From positions 69,383 through 133,382 of the forward strand of contig JBBIOJ010000007.1 of NCBI GenBank assembly GCA_037443445.1: a stretch of DNA of 64,000 nucleotides, written 5' to 3'. This DNA comes from Desulfarculaceae bacterium. Lineage in GTDB: Bacteria > Desulfobacterota > Desulfocorpusculales > Desulfocorpusculum. Shown in pieces: positions 9,689 to 20,600 of this stretch (position 1 is the stretch's first letter; each line of letters opens with the position of its first letter). The translations under genes and the position numbers were made by a program. The notes under the pieces are model-generated. The model did not search any database, was not told the DNA's origin, and saw nothing but the letters and a program-made list of their open reading frames with translations.

Positions 9689-10762
9689 TCAATCCCCAGC
9701 AGCCTCCCTGCGGGCCACCACGCAGTGAATACCCTGGCCTGCCTGGGCAGGCCCAAAACACTGGTTATCCGAGACACAAAAAGCCCTTCTCAGGTCTCCG
9801 GCCTTCCAGCGGTTTATCAGCCACGGCTCCCTTATGAAAGGCCTGCTCATGGAGATGTAATCCGCCACCCCTTCCTTCACAAGGCGCTCTGCCACCTGGA
9901 AGGATCTGATACCCCCGACCAGAATAACCGGAATCCCGGCTGTTTTCTTGAAGAGCTTTGCAGCATCCCTGAAGTAGGCCTCCTGCCTTTCCTCCTTGAT
10001 GGCCAGCCTGGAGGGCATGAACTGGGGGCCGGCAAGCCTCATTCCGCCGCTCACCTCTATGGCATCCACGCCGGCCTCAGCCAGCATCTTGGCCACCTGA
10101 GCCGAATCCTCCAGGCTGAGCCCCCCCTCCAAAAAGTCTTGGGAGTTCATCTTAACCAGCAGGGGTCTTTCAGGACCAATGGCCTCTCTGGCCTTAGACA
10201 CCGCTTCCAAGAGAGCCCTGGCCCTGTTTTGCAAAGAGCCCCCGTACGCGTCCTGCCTATGGTTGAAGTAAGGGGAGAGAAACTGGCTCAAGAGATACCC
10301 GTGGGCAGCGTGGATCTGAACTCCGTCAAAACCGGCCTCCACAGACCAGGCAGCCGCCTTGCCGAAGGCTTCCACAACTTGCCCGATCTCCTCCAGGCTC
10401 ATCTCTCTGCCCGGGGCTCCTTCTGTGTTGGGGGCAGAAGGGCCGAGAGGCTCCATGTTGGTGAGTTTGTAACCCGCTTGAATGCCAGCATGGGCCAGTT
10501 GCACCACTATCCTTCCTCCCCGTTCATGCACGGCGGAAGCCATCTGGGCCAGGCCAGGGACGAGCCCCTGCTTGTAAATCCCCAGCTGCCTCGGCCCTGC
10601 CTGGCCTTCCCTGCTCACATAAGCATGCCCTGTGACAATGAGCCCCACCCCCCCGGCGGCCAACTCGCCCATGAGCTCCACAAGCTGGGGGGTGACGCTG
10701 CCTTCCTCCCCGGCCATGCCCTCCCAGGTGGCTGATCTCACAAAGCGGTTCCCGAGGGGCAT
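9689..10762 (-). CDS. NADH:flavin oxidoreductase / old yellow enzyme (OYE) family
   Basis: MPLGNRFVRS start; TIM-barrel OYE motifs (HAAHGYLLSQFLSP, GGMRLAG); about 358 aa. The longer upstream extension is rejected. Confidence 0.8.
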   Translation of the reverse strand: MPLGNRFVRSATWEGMAGEEGSVTPQLVELMGELAAGGVGLIVTGHAYVSREGQAGPRQLGIYKQGLVPGLAQMASAVHERGGRIVVQLAHAGIQAGYKLTNMEPLGPSAPNTEGAPGREMSLEEIGQVVEAFGKAAAWSVEAGFDGVQIHAAHGYLLSQFLSPYFNHRQDAYGGSLQNRARALLEAVSKAREAIGPERPLLVKMNSQDFLEGGLSLEDSAQVAKMLAEAGVDAIEVSGGMRLAGPQFMPSRLAIKEERQEAYFRDAAKLFKKTAGIPVILVGGIRSFQVAERLVKEGVADYISMSRPFIREPWLINRWKAGDLRRAFCVSDNQCFGPAQAGQGIHCVVARREAAGD

Positions 10763-10859
10763 CTTCCTGATTACTGTTTCCTGGAACAATACGGACAAGC
10801 CTCTTCCTCCTTGTCTAAGATCCCTTGGCAGGTGGCCTTCCCCCAGAGCATTGCTTGCA

Positions 10860-11938
10860 TCATCTAGCCGAGGAAAGCGCCTGTTTGAGTGCCTTGCGGT
10901 CCACCGGGGGTGGTTCCACAGTGGGCCTTTCCACCAGCTGTATTGCCTCAGAAGGGCAACCGCTGGCGCAAACCCCGCAGCCAAAACATCTGGTCTCGTT
11001 CAAGCTGGGTAATTCCTCCAGCATTGTGAGGGCATGGGCAGGGCACCTCTCCACGCATGTGCCGCAGGCCACGCACCTTGTGGAGTCGAAATCGGGCCGG
11101 AAGCCCGAATGAAGGGCTGCAGCTGGACTTGATTGAGCCAGAGCGGTCTTCAGTATCATGCAGTGGCAAGGGCAGCAGTTGCAAATGAAATCTATTTCCT
11201 GCGAGTTCATGCTGGCGTGCACCAAGCCGGCCTCTTCTGCCTTCTGGAGCACTGCCCTGGCCTCCTCTTTGGAGACCTGTCTGCCCATTTTTCTCTCTAT
11301 CACGTATCTGGCTCCTCCCCCGAACTGCATGCACACATCGTTGGGTTTCCCGCAATCCTGCCCCTCGGTGAGCTTGGCCTCATGACGGCAGAAACAGGTG
11401 GAAACCGAAATGGGCTCATACTTTTCTATGTAAGCTGAGACCTGCTCATAAGTATGCAGCCTGGCCCCAGCCTTTATGGTGCGCTCCACCGGGATGACCC
11501 TGTTGAGGGGGAAGTTGATGTGCTGCGCCCCGCCTCTTGCGGCATCCACCGCCTTCTTGTAATCCCTTATCAACTTGGCCAGAAGTCGGTCCTTGGGGGT
11601 GGCGGTTCCTCTCATGAACTGGAACTCGAAGATGCCCGGGACAAAAGGTATTGCCGCATAAAGCCTTTCCCCCTGCGGCCCTGCCACTGTGGTGCACAGG
11701 CCCTTGTCAGCCATTGCCTCCAGGATCTCTCCCAGAGCTGGCTCCTCCATTCCCACAGACCGGGAGATCTGGGCAGCAGTGGAAGGTCTCCTGGGCATTG
11801 CCGCACACACCTGGGCCTCCTCTGGGGTGAAAAGCTTCCTGGCCAAGGAGTAGAACTCCGGGATATCCATGCCGGGGTAAGGCCCACCCCTCTCGGCCAT
11901 GGCCTCACAAAGATGCTTGTATGCTTCTTGATTCATGG
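10860..11938 (-). CDS. 4Fe-4S ferredoxin domain-containing protein (N-terminal uncharacterised domain plus two C-terminal CxxCxxCxxxCP clusters)
   Basis: Strong RBS AAAGGAGG 5-6 nt upstream of the ATG at 11938 (MNQEAYK); CVACGTCVERCP and CFGCGVCASGCP motifs plus CNCCPCHC. Confidence 0.65.
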
Positions 11939-12282
11939 GAACTCCTCCTTTGATTTCACTCTGGTTCATGCCAGGGTCCCTGTGTGGCCCGGTCTCCTGC
12001 CCGGAGTCGGGCAATCCCAGGTTCATGCCTTCCTCTCCCCAGGGAGCCCCATGAATGAGTGAGGGTCGAAAGTTCCTTCTCTTTACCTGGGCCCTCTGCT
12101 CAAGTGGAAAAGGCTTTGCTTGAACTTGGTATTTGGCCTCTGATATGCTTTGCCCAGGGACTCCCAAAAAAAGGCCGCCACTGGGAGTGAGCTCGCGGCT
12201 CCAGCAGGTTACTTGATGTGAAAACTATACCATTACATTTCCGGGGTCAAGTCAACGTCTCGCAGATGAGGATGAGAGAGCC

Positions 12283-13017
12283 TTGGAAAGCAGGGACTTG
12301 ATCAGAAAAGGGGGTTTGTTGCTATTTGCCCTGTTGTGTCTCTTGGGGTCGGAAGAAAAGCTCAGGGCCGTGGAGCAAGATCCCGGCATGGCTGAAGAAA
12401 GGGCCCGCATGGTAAAAGAGCAGATCAGGGCCCGAGGGGTGAGGGATCCCAGGGTCTTGGAGGCAATGGGCACTGTACCCCGTCACAAGTTCGTGCCGGA
12501 GGCAGAGATTCCAAGGGCCTACCAAGACTCACCCCTTCCCATAGGGCACGGCCAGACCATATCCCAGCCTTTCATAGTGGCTTACATGTGCGAAGCTCTT
12601 GGTTTGAAGGGGCATGAGAAAGTTTTGGAAATAGGGACCGGCTCGGGTTACCACGCGGCGGTTCTGTCCTTGCTGGCCAAAGAGGTGTATGGCATAGAAA
12701 TTCTTGAACCTCTTGCCAATGCGGCCAGAGAGCGCTTGAGGGCGCTAGGGTATGGGAATGTGAAGGTGATCTGCAAAGACGGGTACAAGGGGTTGCCAGA
12801 GGAGGCCCCCTTTGACGGGATAGTGGTGAGCGCAGCCCCGCCCGAGATTCCCCAGGAGCTCCTGAAACAGTTGAAAACAGGTGGCCGCATGGTGCTTCCC
12901 GTGGGCAAGGAGGAACAAGAGCTTCTGAGGATCACCCGCACAGAGCAGGGGGCCAAGGTGGAGAGGTTGCTGCCGGTGAGGTTCGTGCCCATGGTGCCGG
13001 GAAAAGGGGATCCATGA
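12283..13017 (+). CDS. pcm: protein-L-isoaspartate O-methyltransferase, second paralog, possibly with an N-terminal signal peptide
   Basis: Motifs ERARMVKEQI, GHGQTISQPFIVAYM, EIGTGSGYHAAVL. The ORF starts at a TTG and encodes the hydrophobic segment LLLFALLCLLGS before the PIMT domain; the alternative ATG at 12388 would remove it. Confidence 0.75.
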   Translation: MESRDLIRKGGLLLFALLCLLGSEEKLRAVEQDPGMAEERARMVKEQIRARGVRDPRVLEAMGTVPRHKFVPEAEIPRAYQDSPLPIGHGQTISQPFIVAYMCEALGLKGHEKVLEIGTGSGYHAAVLSLLAKEVYGIEILEPLANAARERLRALGYGNVKVICKDGYKGLPEEAPFDGIVVSAAPPEIPQELLKQLKTGGRMVLPVGKEEQELLRITRTEQGAKVERLLPVRFVPMVPGKGDP

Positions 13018-13271
13018 GAAGGGCCCTTGTTAAAAGTTCAGCAACCAATCCAAGGCAACTGGTGGATGTAATTGGACCCCCAGGAGTTGGGTTGAAAACA
13101 CTCTGTGTGTTCGAGACTGGCTGGGAAGTGCCCTTGGGTTTGGATGCATCTTAGAGTGTCCAGGAGGCTCGGGGGTTCAGTCCCCAAGGTGGTCGGATTT
13201 GGGGAACAGTCCCTTTAGCAATTCATGAGTCCAGGGGGCCTGGGATTGTTGCATTCGGGGGGAGAGAATCA

Positions 13272-14009
13272 ATGGCCAAACTGATTGTTCTGGGCAGCGG
13301 GGATGCCTTCGGGTCTGGAGGGAGGAATTTCTCCGCCTTTGTCCTTACCGACGGGGAGCGTCATGTGCTCTTGGACTGTGGACCCTCCACTCTGCCTGCT
13401 TTCAAGGCTGCGGGGCTGGATCCGGCCAAGGTGGAGGCCATCCTGATTAGTCACTGTCATGGGGATCACTTCGGAGGATTGCCGTATTTTTTCATTGAGT
13501 ACCAATTCCTGTCTCAGAGGGCGTTTCCTCTTTTGCTGATAGGGCCGGAGGGAATAGAGCAGAGGTGTAAGGACCTACTTCAGGCCACATATCCTGACGT
13601 GCTTCAGATTCACACCTGGAGGTTCGGGGTAAAGTACATGGGTTTGGCCCCCGGGCAGGATCTTATGGAAGGGCGGCTTCGGGTTGAAGCATTTGGGATG
13701 GAGCACGGGAGAATACCCTCCAGGGGTTACAGGATAGGCTGGGGAGGTGTGGTGGTGGGGTACACGGGGGACACCAGATGGAACAGGGAGATCCTGAGCC
13801 TGGCAAAGGGGTGCGACCTTCTTCTTTGCGAGTGCTTTTTTTTCGAGCAGGACCACCACTCCCACGTGCGCTACAGGGATATCTTGGAGCACAGAGGGGA
13901 GTTGCGGGCCCGGAGGATAATGTTATTCCATCCAGGGCCAGAGATGATTCAGCGAATGGGGGAGGTGGAGATGGAAGTGGCCGAGGACGGGATGGTACTG
14001 GAAATATGA
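13272..14009 (+). CDS. MBL-fold metallo-hydrolase
   Basis: HxHxDH motif (ILISHCHGDHFGG); about 245 aa. Confidence 0.75.
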   Translation: MAKLIVLGSGDAFGSGGRNFSAFVLTDGERHVLLDCGPSTLPAFKAAGLDPAKVEAILISHCHGDHFGGLPYFFIEYQFLSQRAFPLLLIGPEGIEQRCKDLLQATYPDVLQIHTWRFGVKYMGLAPGQDLMEGRLRVEAFGMEHGRIPSRGYRIGWGGVVVGYTGDTRWNREILSLAKGCDLLLCECFFFEQDHHSHVRYRDILEHRGELRARRIMLFHPGPEMIQRMGEVEMEVAEDGMVLEI

Positions 14010-14015
14010 TACGCT

Positions 14016-14346
14016 TTAGCTTTCGGGTTCCTGCCTTCCGGAAGGGGAGTGGCGGGGGGTTTCCATGAGACAAGGAGCTGTGTTCAATTCCTGGGTCACA
14101 TTCCCCGCTGAATCGTTTTCCTCCTGGAGTACAAGAATGCTGTACAAGGAATTTCTGGTCCTGAACCCCCCGGGACTGACCTGTAATACCTTGGATGTCC
14201 GGAAAACAGATCCCTTTTCAGTAAAGAGCACGTAGATCTCACCGACCCTGGGAGGTGTCAACTCCCAGCCTTCCCAGACTGTGCCCACTTGAAAATTGGG
14301 ATGTTTTTCTCCAAGGGTGCGTTCCACCGATACTTTTCGGGACATG
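14016..14346 (-). CDS. hypothetical small protein, paralog family member A (GWE...NGKV.RTS motif family)
   Basis: RBS GGAAGGAGG 6 nt upstream of the ATG at 14346 (MSRKVSV); shares the motif GWE..PPRVG..Y.V.....G.V.RTSKV....GGF.T.NS.YS.LVL with three other ORFs in the window. Confidence 0.6.
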
Positions 14347-14611
14347 GGCACCTCCTTCCCCGTTTCGGATTTGGGGGTTGCGGCGGTCGTTTGTCTGTTA
14401 AGCAATGCCCGTGCCATGGTATGGGGACGTAAGACCGCGTTTCTTGAGGCCTGGGTGAAGCCAGGCTGGGATCAGGGCTCCAAATGGGAATTTCTGGTCC
14501 AATTCTGTTCAGTGGCCCATCCCTCAGGCCATACCCGGGGCTTGGAGGCATGGCCCCCTAAGTTGTAAGCCCTGATGAGCAAGGCGCAGTGGTTTTCCCC
14601 GGGCCAGGATC

Positions 14612-14642
14612 TTGACAAAGCAGACAAATGTCTGCTAAATTA
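14612..14642 (+). promoter_or_regulatory. lexA promoter (TTGACA-N18-TAAATT) with palindromic operator AGCAGACA-AA-TGTCTGCT in the spacer; candidate LexA box
   Basis: Perfect -35 TTGACA at 14612-14617, -10-like TAAATT at 14637-14642, and perfect 8-bp inverted arms at 14619-14636, about 50 nt upstream of the lexA ATG (14692). Confidence 0.55.
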
Positions 14643-14691
14643 CAAGAGCTGAGGAGAGTGTAAAGGCTGGGTCAGTTCACGGGAGGGAGCC

Positions 14692-15351
14692 ATGCCTTAC
14701 AGCCCTGAGGGGAAGACCAGAGAGCGAGTGTTTCGCTTTGTGCTGGAGCGGATCCTGGCCGGAAGACCCCCCACGGTGCGTGAGGTGCAGGAGGCCATGG
14801 GCTTCCGGGCTGTTGAAACAGCACGTCGTCACCTAGAGAATCTGGTGGCCGATGGAAAGCTGCTCAGGGAACCAGGGAAAGCTCGAGGCTACAAGCTCCT
14901 CCAGGAGGCCCGTGAGGTGGTGCTGGTGCCCCTGCTGGGCCGCATCCAGGCCGGGCCCCTTACCACGGCCCTGGAGGAGCCGGATGAGTACCTGGCGGTA
15001 GCCACAAGTAGGGAGAAGGGGGATCTCTTCGCCCTGAGGGTCAGGGGCAACAGCATGCTTGAGGCAGGCATTCTTCCAGGCGATATCGCCATAGTGCGCA
15101 GACAAGCCGTGGCCCAAGATGGGGATATTGTGGTGGCCATGGTAGAGGATGAGGCCACTTTGAAAAGACTCAGGATAAGGGGTGAGTACATAGAGCTCCA
15201 TGCCGAAAACAAGGATTTCCCTGCCATGCGCTTCAAGCCCTGGGAGGTGAGAATCCTGGGCAAGGTTATCCAGATCCGCAGGGATCTGGAATCCTCTCAC
15301 GGGCTGGGAGGCGGCTCGGTCTTGGGAAAGGTGGGAGGGATAGGGGGATGA
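14692..15351 (+). CDS. lexA: LexA repressor (S24 peptidase)
   Basis: Winged-helix N-terminus; catalytic Ser/Lys context (RGNSMLEAGILPGDIAIV...LKRL); first gene of the mutagenesis cassette. Confidence 0.85.
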   Translation: MPYSPEGKTRERVFRFVLERILAGRPPTVREVQEAMGFRAVETARRHLENLVADGKLLREPGKARGYKLLQEAREVVLVPLLGRIQAGPLTTALEEPDEYLAVATSREKGDLFALRVRGNSMLEAGILPGDIAIVRRQAVAQDGDIVVAMVEDEATLKRLRIRGEYIELHAENKDFPAMRFKPWEVRILGKVIQIRRDLESSHGLGGGSVLGKVGGIGG

Positions 15352-15992
15352 GAATCGTGGAAAGAGCCGGGCTTAAGCTCAACATGGGAAAACATCTGGT
15401 GAGGCTTGTCCCTTCAAGGATGCCCTCAGGCTCCTCAATGGAACTCACCCGGAGGGATCTCTCAGGAAGGCTGGTGGAACTTTCGGGATACGGCCCTACA
15501 GCCTTGCTTACCATAGCTGCCAGGTTGGTCCTGGATGCCCAGCTTGAGGGGGAGACAGTGGCCTGGGTTACCAGCATGGAGAGTAGTTTTTACCCCCCCG
15601 ACATGAAAGAGACAGGAGTAGATTTGAATGCCATGGTCGTGGTGCGTTGCACTGAGGTGCGTGCAGCAGCCAGGGCAGTGGATCGGCTGGCTCGTTCTGG
15701 GGCCTTTGGGCTTTTGATCTTGGACTTGGGAAATGCTACGGATCTGCCCCTTCCTCTCCAGACAAGACTGGCAGGCCTGGCCCGTACCCATGATATCGCA
15801 TTGGTCTTCTTGACCGAAAAACCACAAGAAGCCCCCTCTGTCAGCTCCCTGGTCTCTGTAAGGCTGATGGCTGAGCGCTCCAGCCTGGAGGGGGCACTCT
15901 TCTCATCTCGGGCCTTTGCCCTCAAGGACAAGGTGAGGGGACCTGGCTGGAGCAAGGAGTTACTGTGCCATGGGCCGCCTGGCCTGTGTTGA
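15348..15992 (+). CDS. imuA: ImuA-like SOS mutagenesis protein (RecA-fold, SulA-like)
   Basis: Overlaps the lexA stop by 4 nt; about 214 aa; sits between lexA and imuB/dnaE2 as in described imuA-imuB-dnaE2 cassettes. Confidence 0.6.
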   Translation: MRIVERAGLKLNMGKHLVRLVPSRMPSGSSMELTRRDLSGRLVELSGYGPTALLTIAARLVLDAQLEGETVAWVTSMESSFYPPDMKETGVDLNAMVVVRCTEVRAAARAVDRLARSGAFGLLILDLGNATDLPLPLQTRLAGLARTHDIALVFLTEKPQEAPSVSSLVSVRLMAERSSLEGALFSSRAFALKDKVRGPGWSKELLCHGPPGLC

Positions 15993-17454
15993 TCTCCCAG
16001 AGCTTCCTCTCCAGATCCTCCTGGATCACCATCCAGAATGGAGAGGGCTTCCGGCAGTGGTCGTGGCTCAGGACCGACCCCAGGCAAAGATACTTTGGGT
16101 GAGTCCAGAGGCCCGCTCAGCAGGGATTTCAGTGGGGATGCGCTATGCCCAGGGGTTGAGCCTTGCACCGAGGCTGCAGGCGGCCGAGGTGGCCAGCAGG
16201 GAGCTGGAACAGGAGCTGAGGGAACTTACAGAGCTGCTCGGTAGCTTCTCTCCCGAGGTGGAGGTAGCAGAGGAGCCGGGGGTCTTCTGGCTGGGGGCAG
16301 CCGGGCTTGGGCGCCTTTTCAAGTCAGCCTCGGCCTGGGCCAGGCAGATTCATGAAGCCCTTGCGGCCAGGGGCAGGAGGGGTTCGGTGGTAGTGGGGTT
16401 CTCCCGTTTTAGAACTTACGGGATAGCCAGGCACATTGATGGGATTCGTGTGTTGAGAACCCCACAGGAGGAGGATTCGCTCTTCAGGGCAGTTCCTCTG
16501 GAGAAGCTCTCCCTGGGGCCGGAGCTGAGGGATACCCTGGAAAGGTTGGGGATTCAAACTGTGGGGGATCTCTTGAGGCTCCCTGGGCACGGGATTAGAC
16601 GCCGCTTCGGCCACGAGGCCGCGGAGCTATACGAATCAGCTTCAGGGGCCAGATACCAGCCCCTGGTCCCAAACCCTCATGAAGAACCGGTGGGCTGCGT
16701 TGTATCCCCGCAGGAGCCCTTATCAGAGGCAGTCCCTCTCCTGTTCCTGGTAAGGCGCCATTTCCACCCCCTCCTTCGCACCCTGGCCCGCCGTGGGGAA
16801 GCCTTGAGGGAACTAGAGATCAGATGGGTCATGGGCCTTGGCGCAGAACGCACGGATCGCGTCCGGCCAGCCAGACCCAACCTCCAGGAGCACCTTATCT
16901 TGGATCTGCTTCGTATAAGGCTTGAGGCCTTCCCATTGCCCTCCCCCGTGGAGGAGATACGCCTAAGGCTGCACGGAGTTCCAGCAGAACCAGAACAACT
17001 GAGGCTTTTTCTGGAGAGCTCCAGGAGGGACCTCTCGGCCGGAGACCGGGCCTTGGCGAGGCTCAGAACCGAGCTTGGAGAGGAAGCGGTGGTGAAGCCA
17101 CGCCTGCTGGAAGGGCACTTGCCGGAAGCCTCCTTCGCCTGGGAGCCCACGGATCACCTCAGTAGCCCCAAGCCCGGGCCCAAGGCAGGCCATTGGCCCA
17201 TGGTCCGGAGGGTCTACAGCAAGCCCCTGTGCCTTGGAATGAGGCCTCGCCACGAGCCGGACGGATGGATTGTCAAGGACTTGCATTGCGGGCCGGTCGT
17301 GCGCACCTGGGGGCCCTACGTGATATCCGGAGGGTGGTGGCGCAAGGAGGTGCATCGCTCCTACTACTTCTTGGAGACTCTGCGTGGGGACATTTTTTGG
17401 GTCTATTACGATGCATCCAGGAAGAGGTGGTTCCTCCAAGGAAGAGTGGAATGA
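15970..17454 (+). CDS. imuB: ImuB, Y-family DNA polymerase-like protein
   Basis: N-terminal LACVDLPELPLQ typical of ImuB; UmuC/DinB-like fold; about 494 aa; immediately upstream of dnaE2. Confidence 0.7.
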   Translation: MGRLACVDLPELPLQILLDHHPEWRGLPAVVVAQDRPQAKILWVSPEARSAGISVGMRYAQGLSLAPRLQAAEVASRELEQELRELTELLGSFSPEVEVAEEPGVFWLGAAGLGRLFKSASAWARQIHEALAARGRRGSVVVGFSRFRTYGIARHIDGIRVLRTPQEEDSLFRAVPLEKLSLGPELRDTLERLGIQTVGDLLRLPGHGIRRRFGHEAAELYESASGARYQPLVPNPHEEPVGCVVSPQEPLSEAVPLLFLVRRHFHPLLRTLARRGEALRELEIRWVMGLGAERTDRVRPARPNLQEHLILDLLRIRLEAFPLPSPVEEIRLRLHGVPAEPEQLRLFLESSRRDLSAGDRALARLRTELGEEAVVKPRLLEGHLPEASFAWEPTDHLSSPKPGPKAGHWPMVRRVYSKPLCLGMRPRHEPDGWIVKDLHCGPVVRTWGPYVISGGWWRKEVHRSYYFLETLRGDIFWVYYDASRKRWFLQGRVE

Positions 17455-17621
17455 ATCAGCCTGGATTTTTCAAGAGTAGTGGATCACCCAGGCTGAAAAA
17501 AGGGCGACTCTGATGGAAAGCACTCTGGCCGTGCAATGAGCAGCTTGTAGAGGCTTTGGGGTGAGAGCCCCCAACCTCATGGGCCTAGGCGAACAATCCG
17601 GGTTAGAGGTGAGGTGTCGAG

Positions 17622-20600
17622 GTGGGAAGTGGAGGCACAGGATATGTTCCGCTTTGGGTGAAGAGCCACTACTCCTTCCTGGAGGGAGCCAGCAGCCCGG
17701 GGGAGCTGGTGGAGGAGGCCAAACGCCTCGGCCTAAGCTCCATTGCGCTTACGGACAGGGACGGGCTCTACGGGGTGGTGCGCGCTTATGTGGCTGCCCG
17801 GGAGGCCGGTATCCATCTGGTGGTGGGGGCGCAGGTGAGTGTAGGGGAGGTGGAAAGCCGAGAGCCTGCAATCGGGAGTCCAGCTACTTCCCCCCTTGCC
17901 GCCCATCAATCCCAAGTAGTTCTATTGGCCATGGATCGGGAAGGTTATGCCAATCTTTGCAAGCTAATCACCCTGGGCAGGCTTCGCTCTCCCAAGGGCC
18001 GAAGTTTGGTGAGCTGGCAGGAGGTATGCCTGCACTCCAGGGGGCTCCTGGCAATGCTGGGCGGGGATGAAAGTGCCTTGGCTTCCAAGGCGGAGCCAGC
18101 CCCTATCCTCAACATGCTCAAAGATGCTTTCGGGGACAGGCTCTACGCGGCAGTGGCCAGGCACAAGAGGGCTGAAGAGAGGGATCAGGAGTACAGAGTA
18201 ATACTAAGGGCTCGAAAAAACTCCATTCCCTTGGTGGCGGCCCCCGAAGTGCTTTACCACACCCCCTCCAGACGTCCCCTGCAGGATGTGCTCACCTGCA
18301 TCAGAAACGGAGTGGCTCTGAGTGAGGCCGGGCGGTTAACGCGCCCCAATTCAGAATATGCGCTTCTGAGCCCCTTTTCCTTCCGAACCCTTTACCAGGA
18401 TCTTCCTGGAGCAGTGGAACGCACACTGGAGGTGGCCGAGCGCTGTAAATTTTCCCTGGAGGAAATCAGATACAGATACCCCTCAGAAAGGCTCCCGGAG
18501 GGGCTCACCTCCCAGCAGTGGCTCAGGGAACTGACCCTTAGGGGAGCACGGGAGCGCTATGGGGCCTCTGTCCCAGCGGAGGTGAGAGCCCAACTGGAGC
18601 GGGAGCTGGCTCTCATAGAGGAGCTGGACTACAGCGGCTATTTCCTCACCATGTGGGAGATAGTCAGGTTTTGTCGGGAACACTCCATCCTATGCCAGGG
18701 AAGGGGCTCTGCAGCCAACTCAGCGGTTTGTTACTGCCTCGGTATCACAGCCATAGACCCTGTGCGTATGGGGCTCTTGTTCGAACGTTTCATCTCCAAA
18801 GAGAGAGCAGAGCCGCCTGACATAGACCTGGACATCATGCATCAAAGACGGGAAGAGGTGATACAGCATGTGTACGAGCGCTACGGTCGAGACCATGCGG
18901 CCATGGTGGCCAATTTCATCCGGTACAGGCCCAAGATGGCCGTGCGGGACTTGGGGAAGGTGCTGGGGCTTCCCCGCACCAGCCTGGAGCGGTTGGCCAA
19001 GCTGCTTCCCCATCACGGGGAGATAATACCAGAGCATCTTCGCATGGCCGGCATGGACCCAAGTCTGCCCATTTCCCAACACCTAATCCGCCTGGGCTCG
19101 GAACTCCTGGATGTGCCGCGTCACCTCTCAATCCACCCCGGGGGATTCCTGCTGGGACACGAACCGGTTCACACTCTGGTGCCCATAGAGAGAGGCTCCA
19201 TGGAAGGCCGCACAGTCATCCAGTGGGACAAGGAGGACATAGAGGATTTGGGCCTCTTCAAGGTGGATCTGTTGGGCCTTGGGGCCTTGACTCATCTGGA
19301 TATTACCTTGCGCCTCCTGGAGAAACACCACGGGCTAAGTCTATCCATGGCCACCATCCCGGCTGAGGACTCTGCCACCTATGAGATGATCTCCAGGGGG
19401 GATACTGTGGGGGTGTTCCAGCTGGAAAGCAGGGCCCAAATGTCCATGCTGCCAAGGCTCAAGCCCAAGTGCTTCTACGACTTGGTGGTACAGATCAGCA
19501 TCATCAGGCCAGGGCCCATAACAGGAGGCATGGTTCACCCCTATCTGAGAAGGCGAAGCGGGCAGGAGCCCGTTGAGTATCCCCACGAGTGCTTGCGAGC
19601 TGTCTTGGAAAAAACCCTGGGGGTCCCCATCTTCCAGGAGCAGGTGATGAGGTTGGCCATGGTGGCTGCGGACTACAGCCCCGGAGAGGCGGACCAGCTT
19701 CGGCGGGACATGGCCGCCTGGAGAAGAGGGGGGCGCATGGGAAGGCACAGGGAGCGGCTGATCTCCAGGATGCTGGCCAAAGGAATTGAAAGGGAGTTTG
19801 CAGAGAGGGTCTTTCAACAGATCCAGGGTTTTGGGGAATACGGATTCCCAGAGTCCCACGCGGCCAGTTTCGCCCTTATAAGCTACGCCTCTGCCTGGCT
19901 CAGGCGTCACTGGCCAGCAGAGTTTGCATGCGCCCTATTGAATGCACAGCCCATGGGCTTTTACTCCCCGGCCACGATCATCGAGGATGCCAAGCGCCAC
20001 GGCATAGATATCAGGCCAGTCTCTGTAGTGCGCAGTTCTTGGGAGTGCAGCTTGGAACCCCTGGATGGAAAGGTTTGCCCTGGGGGGGAACAGCCGGAAG
20101 GGACCAAACCCGGCTTTGCTGTGCGCATGGGCCTGAGGTTCGTGAAAGGGCTGGGCAGGGGCCACTGGGAGCGTATTGTGGAGGCAAGAAATGTGGCCCC
20201 TTTTGCCTCCTTGGAGGATTTTGTCCAAAGGTGCGGGCTGGATCGGGAGGTGCTCTCGGCTCTGGCTCAGGCAGGAGCCCTGGAAGCCCTCCAGGAGGGA
20301 AGGAGGAACGCCCTTTGGGGAGTGCTGGGAGCCCCCAGAAGGCCCAGGTGTTCCATCCCTGTGAAAGATCGTGAAGCCAAAGCCTCTTTTGCGCCTCTTA
20401 GCGCCTTGGAGACAGTGATGTGGGATTACCGCACACAAGAACACAGCCCCCTGGCCCATCCCCTTGCAATGGTGAGGGAGGAACTAAGGAGAAGGGGTTT
20501 TCCTACAGCCCAGGAGATCTCCGGCATGGGCCAGGGCAGTAGAGTGCGTTATGCCGGACTTGTCATCTGTCGACAGCGCCCAGGCACGGCCAGAGGGGTT

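Noticed and set aside
9725-10735. 336-aa plus-strand ORF antisense to the OYE gene
   Set aside because: OYE motifs on the minus strand are definitive. The plus-frame translation has no recognisable features.
11454-12062. 202-aa plus-strand ORF overlapping the 4Fe-4S protein gene and its upstream region
   Set aside because: Antisense to a gene with strong RBS and Cys-cluster motifs. It is rich in Gly, Pro, His and Leu.
19341-19910. 189-aa ORF antisense inside dnaE2 (and several other small ORFs within 17622-20819)
   Set aside because: dnaE2 is a continuous 1065-aa reading frame with conserved Pol III alpha motifs.
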